Positions 1-8,347 of a stretch of DNA of 56,382 nucleotides are shown here, piece after piece (positions within the stretch are counted from its first letter, which is position 1; the number at the start of each line of letters is the position of its first letter). The stretch spans positions 1 through 56,382 of the forward strand of contig DASUAK010000022.1 of the NCBI GenBank assembly GCA_035763845.1. The letters are read 5' to 3'. The DNA comes from a bacterium (GTDB taxonomy: Bacteria > Sysuimicrobiota > Sysuimicrobiia > Sysuimicrobiales > Kaftiobacteriaceae). The notes below the pieces were generated by a model. That model was not told where the DNA came from. It did no database searches and saw nothing but the letters and a program-made list of their open reading frames with translations. Made by a program: the position numbers and the translations under genes.

Positions 1-169
1 GCCACCGACGAGCATGGAGGCGGCGAGCACGGAGCGGTGCCGGCTCCGCCTGCGGGAAGGGCTGGGACAGCGCCGGCTCGAGGCCCTGACGGAGGCGGGG
101 CGGGGGCAGGACGCCGAGCTCGTGCTCGTCGAGATCGGCCGCTGGTTGAGCGCGTCGGCGGGCGGCTGA
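1..169 (+). CDS. 3' end of an upstream CDS (partial, unknown product)
   Basis: Frame 2 is open from the window edge to TGA 167-169 and has about 95% G/C at codon position 3. The other open + frame does not. No recognisable motif in the 55 aa. Confidence 0.4.
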   Translation, partial: PPTSMEAASTERCRLRLREGLGQRRLEALTEAGRGQDAELVLVEIGRWLSASAGG

Positions 170-179
170 TCGCCACCTG

Positions 180-1091
180 ATGCCGCGTCCGTTGAAGGTC
201 GGTATCCAGCTGCCGGAGGTGGAGCGCGAGGTCCGGTGGTCGGAGCTCCGCGACATGGCCCGCGTGGCCGAGCAGGTCGGATTCGACTCGCTGTGGGTCG
301 GCGATCACCTCCTGTTCCGCGATCCGGGGATGCCTCCGCGCGGGCCGTGGGAAGCCTGGTCGACGCTTGCCGCCCTGGCGGCGGCGACCGAGCATGTGGA
401 ACTCGGCCCGCTCGTCGCCAGCGTGTCGTTCCATAGTCCGGCGATGCTGGCCAAGAAGGCGGCGACGCTGGACGAGATCAGCGGCGGCCGGCTGATCCTC
501 GGCCTCGGGGCGGGGTGGAATGAGCCTGAGTACCGCGCGTTCGGCTTCCCCTTCGACCATCGCGTCGAGCGGTTCGAAGAGGCCCTGACCATCATCCGGG
601 CGCTCCTCCGCGGCGAGGAGATGACCTTCGAGGGCCGGTACCACCGCGTGGAGGGCTGCCTCCTCCTGCCCCCGCCGGTCAGACCCGGTGGACCGCCGAT
701 CATGATCGGCACGACCGGCCCGCGGATGCTGCGACTGGCCGCCCAGCACGCCAACGCCTGGAACGCGTGGTTCACATGGTACGGCAACCGGCCGGATGGG
801 ATCGCGGCCCTGAGCGACAAGGTCGACGCGGCATGCGCCGCGGTGGGGCGTGATCCCGCGAGCCTCACGCGCACGCTGGCCGTCCTGATCCAGGTCGAAG
901 GGAAGGACGTGGCGATCAGAGGAGGGAAGCAGGAGCGCGTCCCGCCGCTGCGAGGCTCGGCCCAGGAGCTGGCGGGTCACCTCCGCGCCATCGCCGCCGA
1001 GAGCATCTCGCATGTGCAGCTCGTCGTCGATCCCATCACCGCCAGGTCGATTGAGCATCTCGCCCCGGTACTCCAGGCTCTGGACCGCTGA
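180..1091 (+). CDS. LLM-class (luciferase-like) flavin/F420-dependent oxidoreductase
   Basis: MPRPLKVGIQLPE...GFDSLWVGDHLLF and GLGAGWNEPEYRAFG are typical of the luciferase-like monooxygenase fold. High GC3. Confidence 0.85.
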   Translation: MPRPLKVGIQLPEVEREVRWSELRDMARVAEQVGFDSLWVGDHLLFRDPGMPPRGPWEAWSTLAALAAATEHVELGPLVASVSFHSPAMLAKKAATLDEISGGRLILGLGAGWNEPEYRAFGFPFDHRVERFEEALTIIRALLRGEEMTFEGRYHRVEGCLLLPPPVRPGGPPIMIGTTGPRMLRLAAQHANAWNAWFTWYGNRPDGIAALSDKVDAACAAVGRDPASLTRTLAVLIQVEGKDVAIRGGKQERVPPLRGSAQELAGHLRAIAAESISHVQLVVDPITARSIEHLAPVLQALDR

Positions 1092-1139
1092 CCCCACGCG
1101 TGGAAGGTGATTGGAACTACGGTCCGTAATCGGTGCGGC

Positions 1140-2888
1140 ATGTCCCGCGTCAAGCCGCTCCTGCTCCTCGCGGCCCTCATGGTCGGCCTGGTCGCTCCGG
1201 CCGGAGCGCAGGCCCCCGCGGACCTGGCCGCGCGGCTCGATCCGCTGCTCGCCGATCCGCGGTTGGCGGGAGCGCAGTACGCCGTCGTGGTGCGGGATGC
1301 GGCAAGCGGGACGGTCCTCTACGACCGGAACGGCAGCGTCCGCCTCATCCCGGGATCCAACCAGAAGTTGTTCGTCATGGCCGCGGCGTTCGCGGCGCTC
1401 GGACCGGAGTTCCGATTCCGCACGTCGCTGCTCAGCAGCGGGCGGCAGCGCGGAGACGTGCTCGAGGGCCACCTCTACCTCAAGGGGACGGGCGATCCGA
1501 CGATGACGCCGGCCCGCTGGGGGGAGCTGGCCGGCCAGCTCGCCGCGCTCGGCATCACCCGCGTGCGGGGCCGCTTGATCGCCGACGACACGTGGTTCGA
1601 CGACATCCGCCTCGGGCCGGACTGGGCCTGGAACGATGAGACCTTCGGCTTCGCTCCGCAGATCTCTGCCCTCACCATCTCGCCCGACGAGGAGCTCGAC
1701 GTGAACTCCGTGCTGGTCGAGGTGAGCCCCGGCGATCGGGTCGGATCGCCGGCCGGGATCACGGTCACGCCTGCGACCGACTACGTCCGCGTCGTCAACC
1801 GCATCTGGACCGAGGAACCTCCGGGGACGGGACGCCTCTTCGTGCGGCGCGAGCACGGGGCGAACAGAGTCGTCGTCGAGGGGATGATCCCGCTGGGGGC
1901 CATGCCGGTCCGCCGGGCGATCAGTGTGTGGGAGCCGACGGCGTACGCGGCGGGCGTCTTCGCCGCGGCGCTGGCGGGCCGCGGCGTCGTCGTCGAACAG
2001 GCGCCGCTGAGCGGACCCGTCCCGCTGTACGCCAGGGAGCTCGCCGCCGTCGAGTCGGTGACGCTCGGCGAGATCGCCGTGCCTTCCCTCAAGCTCAGCA
2101 ACAACGGCATCGCCGAGATCCTCGTGAAGACCCTGGGGCGGCGCGCCTACGGCGAGGGCAGCTGGGACGCTGGCATGCGGGCCGTCGGCGACTATCTGAC
2201 GGGTCTCGGGATCGATCCGGCGGGCCTGCGGCTGCGGGACGGCTCCGGGCTCACGCGCCTCAACCTCGCCACCGCCGGGGCCTTCGCCGCGCTGCTGGTC
2301 GCGGTGCGCTCTGCGCCGTGGTTTCCTTTCCTCCATGAGGCGCTGCCGGTTGCGGGGGCGCCGGACCGCCTGGTCGGCGGCACGCTGCGGACGCGGATGC
2401 GCGGCACGCGCGCCGAGGGCGCGGTTCGCGCCAAAACGGGGACCCTCACCGGCGTCAGCTCGCTGTCGGGTTACGCCGTGGGAGAGGGGGCGGCCCCGCT
2501 CGTCTTCTCGATCATCTTCAACAACGTGCTGGGTCCCGCTCCCCGGGACATCGAGGACAAGATCGCCGCCACTTTGGCCGGTGAGCCGCCTGCCGCGGGG
2601 AGCTCAGGCCCGGATGCGGCCCGCCCGGGGATCGGGGAGCGGCGTCAGGATCTTCTCCAGCTCCTCGCGCAGCGGCTCGAACTTCGGCGGGAGCGAGAGG
2701 CGCTCGCCGAGATGCTCGAGCGTCTCGTCGGTGGCGAAGCCGGGGCCGGCGGTGGCGATCTCGAACAGGACCCCGCTGGGCTCCCGGAAGTAGATGGACC
2801 GGAAGTAGAAGCGGTCGATGATCGGGGTGGGATGGCCGCCGCCCTCCTGCACGCGGCGGCGCCACGCTTCGTGCTCGTCCATCGGTGA
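1140..2888 (+). CDS. dacB: D-alanyl-D-alanine carboxypeptidase/endopeptidase, PBP4 (DacB) family
   Basis: Signal peptide MSRVKPLLLLAALMVGLVAPAGAQA. SxxK (SNQK), SxN (SNNG) and KTG (KTGTLTGVSSLSGY) boxes are present. Start trimmed from GTG 1107 to ATG 1140. The last ~95 codons run antisense through the next gene (see findings). Confidence 0.8.
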   Translation: MSRVKPLLLLAALMVGLVAPAGAQAPADLAARLDPLLADPRLAGAQYAVVVRDAASGTVLYDRNGSVRLIPGSNQKLFVMAAAFAALGPEFRFRTSLLSSGRQRGDVLEGHLYLKGTGDPTMTPARWGELAGQLAALGITRVRGRLIADDTWFDDIRLGPDWAWNDETFGFAPQISALTISPDEELDVNSVLVEVSPGDRVGSPAGITVTPATDYVRVVNRIWTEEPPGTGRLFVRREHGANRVVVEGMIPLGAMPVRRAISVWEPTAYAAGVFAAALAGRGVVVEQAPLSGPVPLYARELAAVESVTLGEIAVPSLKLSNNGIAEILVKTLGRRAYGEGSWDAGMRAVGDYLTGLGIDPAGLRLRDGSGLTRLNLATAGAFAALLVAVRSAPWFPFLHEALPVAGAPDRLVGGTLRTRMRGTRAEGAVRAKTGTLTGVSSLSGYAVGEGAAPLVFSIIFNNVLGPAPRDIEDKIAATLAGEPPAAGSSGPDAARPGIGERRQDLLQLLAQRLELRREREALAEMLERLVGGEAGAGGGDLEQDPAGLPEVDGPEVEAVDDRGGMAAALLHAAAPRFVLVHR

Positions 2889-3527
2889 CGACCAGGCCAC
2901 GTGATGGACGGTGCCGGCGCCCGGGATGCCGGCCCGGCTGGACTGCTCGTACTTGTAGAACGAACCGCGCAGTGGGCCGCGGGCGAGGTAGCTTGCATCG
3001 TGCATCCGCGCGAAGCCCATGGTCTGCTCGAGGAAGCTCCGGCTGGCCTCGGGATCCGGGCTGTAGGCATGGACGCCGGCGAACCCCTGGAGCGCATGCT
3101 GGCGGGGGACCTCCGGATGCCGGGCGATCAGCGGCTCATCCTCCGACTCGGAGACCGCCAGCTCCAGCGCGAGGCCTTCGGGATCGGCGAAGCGCAGGGA
3201 GCGATCGTCCCCCGAGGCGTCGATCCCCTCGAAGGCCAGCCGCCCCTTCCAGAAGTGCAGCGCCTCAGCGGAAGCGACGCGATACGCGACTCGATGGACC
3301 ATGCCCGCGCCCGGCCGGCCGGGGGCGGCACCCGGGTACTCGAAGAAGGTCAGGTCGGACCCCGGGCTCCCCGTCTCGTCGCTGTAGAAGAGATGGTAGA
3401 CGCTGGGGTCATCCTGGTTGACGGTCTTCTTGACCAGGCGCAGCCCGAGCACGCGGGTGTAGAAGTCTACGTTCCGCGGCGCGTCGCCCGTGATGGCGGT
3501 GACGTGATGCAGTCCATCCAGCTTCAT
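2604..3527 (-). CDS. Ring-cleaving dioxygenase, VOC/glyoxalase fold (MhqO/YfiE-like)
   Basis: MKLDGLHHVTAITGDAPRNVDFYTRVLGLRLVKKTVNQDDPSVYHLFYSD plus a second VOC repeat. Start trimmed to ATG 3527, preceded by GAAGGGA. Confidence 0.85.
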   Translation of the reverse strand: MKLDGLHHVTAITGDAPRNVDFYTRVLGLRLVKKTVNQDDPSVYHLFYSDETGSPGSDLTFFEYPGAAPGRPGAGMVHRVAYRVASAEALHFWKGRLAFEGIDASGDDRSLRFADPEGLALELAVSESEDEPLIARHPEVPRQHALQGFAGVHAYSPDPEASRSFLEQTMGFARMHDASYLARGPLRGSFYKYEQSSRAGIPGAGTVHHVAWSSPMDEHEAWRRRVQEGGGHPTPIIDRFYFRSIYFREPSGVLFEIATAGPGFATDETLEHLGERLSLPPKFEPLREELEKILTPLPDPRAGRIRA

Positions 3528-3553
3528 GCGGCATCCCTTCGCGGGGCGGACGG

Positions 3554-4060
3554 CTAGGGCGCCGTGAACGTCACGCGCCCCGTCGGATTGTCGAACAGCC
3601 ACAGGTGCGGCTCGCCCTCACTGACCTTTAACCCGATCCGCGGGCGGGTTAATCCGTCGAACAGCCAGATTCCGGGATCGTCGCGGTAGTCCACCCATAG
3701 ACCGATCCGCGGGCGTCCGAGGGCGTCGGTCACACGCAGCTCGGCGGCGCGCTCGGCGCCCACCCGCAGCAGCAGCCGGGGACGGCCTTCGGGATCGATC
3801 AGCGTCACCTCGGGCACCCCCTGGGGACTGATCGCGACGCCCAGCCTTCTGGCGCCGGCGGCGTCGAACAGCCAGATGCCCGGGCGATTCCCGTAGGCGT
3901 CGATCGTGATGCGGACGCGTCCGGAGCCGTCGGTGATCTCGACGGCCTGGGTGCGGACCGTGCGGCTCTGGGATCCGGCCGGTCCCAGGCCGGCGAGAAG
4001 CAGGATCGCGGCGGGGATGCCGATCAGAGCGGCGGCGAAGGGGGCGAGGCGGTATGACAC
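3554..4060 (-). CDS. Exported or membrane-anchored protein built from ~22-aa tandem repeats (hypothetical)
   Basis: N-terminal hydrophobic segment FAAALIGIPAAILLLAGLG, then 5-6 repeats ending in (W)LFD or LID/VTD. AGGAGG at 4071-4076 favours GTG 4060 over the ORF-track start 4069. High GC3. Confidence 0.65.
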   Translation of the reverse strand: MSYRLAPFAAALIGIPAAILLLAGLGPAGSQSRTVRTQAVEITDGSGRVRITIDAYGNRPGIWLFDAAGARRLGVAISPQGVPEVTLIDPEGRPRLLLRVGAERAAELRVTDALGRPRIGLWVDYRDDPGIWLFDGLTRPRIGLKVSEGEPHLWLFDNPTGRVTFTAP

Positions 4061-4185
4061 GGTGACCACCTCCTGCGGGTCCCTTCGACGCGGGCTCAGG
4101 CCGCGCCCTCCGCGGCCGGAGGGGTTTGCGAGGGGGAGTGCGAAGGGACTGAATGCCTCGCATCACCACGTCCAGGAGGTGTCGC

Positions 4186-5490
4186 ATGCTCTTCCGCATC
4201 GTCGCCCTGGTGTGCGCGCTGCTCCTGCTCGCCGGATCCGGCGCCGCAGTGTCCGCGCCCGCCCAGGAGATCGTGTTCACCTCCAACCAGTTCACGCCCG
4301 TCGAGGAGCAGGAGTGGGCCCGCAACACGCTGCTTGCGGGGTTCACGCGCGACACGGGCATCACCGTGCGGTTCATCACCGAGGCGGAAGGCCCGTACGT
4401 GGACCGGCTGGTCGCCGAGGCCCGGGCGGGGCGGGGGACGATCGACGTCACCGGCACCCTGCACGGGATCTTCCCCGTCTTCCTCGCGGGCGACGCCCTG
4501 CGGGACATGGCGGAGGTGCAGCGCCAGCTCGACGCGCGCAAGGATCGCACCTTCTTCAAGGACTTCCTCGCGGCCGCGAAGATGGAGAACGTCACGGCCT
4601 TCGTGCCCTGGATGCAGGCCACGTACCTCATGGTGGCGCACAAGGACGCGATGCGCTTCTTCCCGGCCGGGCGCAACCCGATGGCGATGACCTACGACGA
4701 CCTGCTGCAGTGGGGCGAGAACATCAGATCAGGGACGGGGCAGCGGCGCGTGGGCTTCCCGGCGGGGCCGCGCGGTCTCTACGGCCGTTTCCTGCACGGC
4801 TACATCTACCCGTCGTTCACCGGCGCCCAGGTGCGGCGCTTCAAGTCGCCCGAGGCGACGGAGATGTGGCGGTACCTGCGGCGGTTGTGGGGGGTGACGC
4901 ACCCGTCGTCCTTCACCTACGAGTTCATGAGCGAGCCGCTGCTGCGCGGCGAGGTGCTGGTGGCCTGGGATCACGTGGCCCGCATCCTGCCGGCCCTGCG
5001 GCAGCGCCCGAACGACTTCGTCGTCCTCCCGTCGCCGGCCGGGCCGCGCGGACGGTCGTTCATCTCGGTCGTCGTCGGTCTGGCCATCCCGCGCACCGCG
5101 CCGAACCCCGAGCTCGGCGCGCGATTGATCGAGTACCTGACACGCCCGGCCACCCAGGTGGTCACCCTGCAGGGCGTCGGCTTCTTCCCCGTCTCGCCCG
5201 AAGCGGGGCGGACGGTGCCGGCGGGTGCCCTGAAGGTGATGGCGGACGGGGTCTCGGCGCAGTCAGGCGCGCGGGACGCGCGCACCGCCCTCCTGCCGGT
5301 GGGGCTCGGGGCGCGCACCGGGGAGTTCGTGCCGCTCTACGTCGACACGTTCACGCGGATCGCGGTGCGGGGGGAGGACATCCAGCGCGTCCTCAACGAC
5401 CAGGGGGCGAAGCTGGCGGAGCTCTACCGGGCCACCAACGCGCCGTGCGCGCCGCCCGACCCGGCTGCCCGCCCCTGCGTGCCTGAGTAG
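4186..5490 (+). CDS. ABC transporter substrate-binding protein (family-1 extracellular solute-binding, sugar type)
   Basis: AGGAGG at 4174-4179, 6 nt before ATG 4186. Signal peptide MLFRIVALVCALLLLAGSGAAVSA. Followed by two MalFG-type permeases and a MalK-type ATPase. Confidence 0.85.
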   Translation: MLFRIVALVCALLLLAGSGAAVSAPAQEIVFTSNQFTPVEEQEWARNTLLAGFTRDTGITVRFITEAEGPYVDRLVAEARAGRGTIDVTGTLHGIFPVFLAGDALRDMAEVQRQLDARKDRTFFKDFLAAAKMENVTAFVPWMQATYLMVAHKDAMRFFPAGRNPMAMTYDDLLQWGENIRSGTGQRRVGFPAGPRGLYGRFLHGYIYPSFTGAQVRRFKSPEATEMWRYLRRLWGVTHPSSFTYEFMSEPLLRGEVLVAWDHVARILPALRQRPNDFVVLPSPAGPRGRSFISVVVGLAIPRTAPNPELGARLIEYLTRPATQVVTLQGVGFFPVSPEAGRTVPAGALKVMADGVSAQSGARDARTALLPVGLGARTGEFVPLYVDTFTRIAVRGEDIQRVLNDQGAKLAELYRATNAPCAPPDPAARPCVPE

Positions 5491-5505
5491 CGCCTGAGGG
5501 CTTCC

Positions 5506-5537
5506 GTGGGACCGGCGTCTCCGGGCGCCGGTCCCAC
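5506..5537 (+). terminator. Perfect 12-bp GC-rich hairpin after the binding-protein gene (partial terminator or mRNA stabiliser)
   Basis: GTGGGACCGGCG (5506-5517) pairs with CGCCGGTCCCAC (5526-5537) around an 8-nt loop. Followed by CCCTTTGAC, a weak U tract. Confidence 0.5.
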
Positions 5538-5546
5538 CCCTTTGAC

Positions 5547-6443
5547 ATGGCCGTCGCCGAAGCCGAGCTCCACCCCACGAGCCCGCGGGTCCGGCTCAAC
5601 CTGGCGCCGTACCTGCTCGTCCTGCCCACCCTCCTGTTCCTCGGGGTGTTCTTCATCTATCCTATGACCCAGGCGATCTGGCTGGGGGTGACCGACCCCC
5701 AGTCCGGGGCGTTCACGTGGGCGCACTTCAAGCGGATGAGCGGGGACCTGTACTTCCGCGACGCCATCCGCTTCACGCTCATCATCACGGCCCTCGCCGT
5801 CCCGCTGCAGGTGATCCTCGGACTGGCCATCGCCCTCCTGGTCAACAGCCGCTTCCGGGGGCACGGCGCCTTCCTGTACCTCACGGCCCTGCCGATCGGC
5901 ATCTCCGATCTGGCCGCGGGGCTGATCTGGCTGTCCATCTTCACCGAGCGCGGCTACATGAACGCGGCTCTCCAGGGGCTAGGCTTGATCGATACGCCTA
6001 TCATCTTCCTCACCCTGGAGAGCCGGCACTGGCTGCTCATGGCCATCGTCCTCACCGAGGTCTGGCGGGCCACGGCCATCGTGATGGTCATCCTCCTGGC
6101 CGGATTACAGCTGATCCCGCGGGACTACGTCGAGGTGGCGGGGGTGTTCGGCGCGGGGAAGTGGCAGACGGTGCGGCACGTCATCCTGCCCCTGCTGCGG
6201 CCCAGCCTGCAGACGGCGCTGATCATCCGCACGATCCTGGCGTTCCAGCTCTTCGGGACCGTGGTCACGCTGGCTGGCCGCCAGATCCCCGTCCTGGCGG
6301 GCGAGGCCTACTTCTGGTATTCGCTGTACCGCAGCCCGAACGTGGCCAGCGCCTACGCCGTGCTCATCCTGCTCTTCTCCGGCACCATCACCTGGCTGTA
6401 CCTCCGCCTCCTGCGGGTCCGGGAAGAGGAGGTCAAGCGGTGA
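5547..6443 (+). CDS. Carbohydrate ABC transporter permease (MalF/UgpA-like)
   Basis: Six hydrophobic segments and an EAA-loop region (EVAGVFGAGKWQTVRHVILPLLRP). Confidence 0.9.
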   Translation: MAVAEAELHPTSPRVRLNLAPYLLVLPTLLFLGVFFIYPMTQAIWLGVTDPQSGAFTWAHFKRMSGDLYFRDAIRFTLIITALAVPLQVILGLAIALLVNSRFRGHGAFLYLTALPIGISDLAAGLIWLSIFTERGYMNAALQGLGLIDTPIIFLTLESRHWLLMAIVLTEVWRATAIVMVILLAGLQLIPRDYVEVAGVFGAGKWQTVRHVILPLLRPSLQTALIIRTILAFQLFGTVVTLAGRQIPVLAGEAYFWYSLYRSPNVASAYAVLILLFSGTITWLYLRLLRVREEEVKR

Positions 6444-7249
6444 GCCTGCGCCGCCTCGGGCTGTACAGCGCGGCGCTGGCGATCAGCGCCTGGGTGGCCC
6501 TCCCGCTTGTGCTGATCGCGCTCGCCGCCTTCACGCCGCGGGAACTGCTCTACGAGTGGCCCCGGCCGTTCTGGCCGGAGGCGTTCACCCTGGAGACGAT
6601 CCGGTTCTTCCTGCGCTCCACGGGCGTGTGGCAGTCTACACTGAACAGCGTCCTCGTCGCCGGGCTGACCATCGTGCTGGCCTTCGCCATCGCCTCGCCC
6701 GCGGGCTACGCCATCGCCCGGTACACCTTCCGCGGCCGCGACTCGCTGCAGCTGGCCATCCTGGCCACGAAGATGTTCCCCGCGACCGTGCTTTCCATCC
6801 CGCTCGCCGTGGCGTTCATCCGCTGGCGGCTGTACGACACGCTGCTCGGCGTGGCCGTCGTGCACACGGCCCTCAGCATCCCGTTCGTGATCGTCATCGT
6901 GACCAGCGTCTTCCTGGGGATCTCCTACGAGCTGGAAGAGGCGGCGATGACGCTGGGCAGCAGCCGCCTGAAGGCGTTCCTGCGGGTGACGCTGCCCATG
7001 GCCCTGCCCGGGCTGGCCGCCTCGGCGATCTTCACCTTCGTGCTCTCGTGGAACGAGGTGTTCGCCGCGACGATCCTGACCCTGAACAACCGCACCCTGC
7101 CCGCCCTGATCATCGACTCCGTGCTGGGGCAGGGGGCGCCGCTGCACTTCCGCTTCGCCGGCGGGTTCTTCATGGTCGTCCCGGCGATGATCATCATCTT
7201 CCTCATCCGCCGCTACCTCCTCACGCTGTGGGGCGTGACGGTGCGCTGA
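6440..7249 (+). CDS. Carbohydrate ABC transporter permease (MalG/UgpE-like)
   Basis: GTG 6440 overlaps the upstream stop (GTGA). EAA loop EEAAMTLGSSRLKAFLRVTLPMALPG. Confidence 0.9.
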   Translation: MSLRRLGLYSAALAISAWVALPLVLIALAAFTPRELLYEWPRPFWPEAFTLETIRFFLRSTGVWQSTLNSVLVAGLTIVLAFAIASPAGYAIARYTFRGRDSLQLAILATKMFPATVLSIPLAVAFIRWRLYDTLLGVAVVHTALSIPFVIVIVTSVFLGISYELEEAAMTLGSSRLKAFLRVTLPMALPGLAASAIFTFVLSWNEVFAATILTLNNRTLPALIIDSVLGQGAPLHFRFAGGFFMVVPAMIIIFLIRRYLLTLWGVTVR

Positions 7250-7261
7250 CCGGAGGCGACG

Positions 7262-8347
7262 ATGGCAGAGATCCAGCTGCAGAGCCTGCGCAAGACATAC
7301 GGGAAGACGGCGGCGATCCAGGACCTCTCCCTGGAGATCCGCGACGGCGAGTTCCTGGTGCTCCTCGGCCCCTCGGGATGCGGCAAGACGACGACCCTGC
7401 GGGCCATCGCCGGGCTGGAAACGCTCGACCGCGGGCGCGTCGTGATCGGCGGTCGCGACGTCACGGCCCTGCCGCCGGGCCGCCGTGGCATCGCGATGGT
7501 CTTCCAGTCCTACGCGGTCTTCCCGCACATGCGCGTCTACGACAACATCGTCTTCGGGCTGCGCATGCGGCACGTGCCCGACGACGAGCAGCGGCGGCGG
7601 GCGCAGGAGGCGGCGGAGCTGCTGCAGATCGCGCCCCTGCTGGAGCGCTATCCGGCACAGCTGTCGGGCGGCCAACGCCAGCGCGTGGCCGTGGCCCGCG
7701 CCATCGTGATTCAGCCGGACGTGCTGCTGATGGATGAGCCCCTCAGCAACCTCGACGCGCTCCTGCGCCTGCACATGCGGGCGGAGCTCAAGCGGCTGCA
7801 CCGGGAGCTGCGCGCCACTACCGTGTACGTCACGCACGACCAGACCGAGGCCCTCAGCCTGGGCGACCGGATCGCCGTGATGAAGGAGGGCGAGATTGTG
7901 CAGTGCGCCTCGCCCACCCAGATCTACGACCGGCCGGCCAGCCGCTTCGTCGGCGGGTTCATCGGCACGCCGCCGATGAACTTCCTCGACGGTGTGCTGC
8001 GGGGCCACAACGGATCGGCCGCGGTGGAGACCGGCGGGGTGGCCGTCCCGGTCAGCCTGCCCGCCGCCGCGCCGTCCGCCGCCTCCGCCGTGACAGTCGG
8101 CATCCGCCCCGAGCACATCGAGGTCCTCGCGCACGCCCAGACCGGCGCGCTGCCCGCGGAGATCGTCGTCGCCGAGCCGGCCGGCGCCACGCAGCTCCTG
8201 ACGGTGCAGTTCGCCGGCCAGCTGCTGAAGGTGACGGTGGCGGCCGACCTCGAGGTGCAGCCGGGGGCCCGCGTCTGGCTGCATCTCAACCCCGCTCGCA
8301 TCCGCCTCATGGACCCTGCCACGGGCCAGGCGCTGCCCGCGTCATGA
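7262..8347 (+). CDS. ABC transporter ATP-binding protein (MalK/UgpC family)
   Basis: Walker A GPSGCGKTT, signature LSGGQRQRVAVARA, Walker B LLMDEPLSNLD. C-terminal TOBE-like domain. GGAGG precedes the ATG. Confidence 0.95.
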   Translation: MAEIQLQSLRKTYGKTAAIQDLSLEIRDGEFLVLLGPSGCGKTTTLRAIAGLETLDRGRVVIGGRDVTALPPGRRGIAMVFQSYAVFPHMRVYDNIVFGLRMRHVPDDEQRRRAQEAAELLQIAPLLERYPAQLSGGQRQRVAVARAIVIQPDVLLMDEPLSNLDALLRLHMRAELKRLHRELRATTVYVTHDQTEALSLGDRIAVMKEGEIVQCASPTQIYDRPASRFVGGFIGTPPMNFLDGVLRGHNGSAAVETGGVAVPVSLPAAAPSAASAVTVGIRPEHIEVLAHAQTGALPAEIVVAEPAGATQLLTVQFAGQLLKVTVAADLEVQPGARVWLHLNPARIRLMDPATGQALPAS

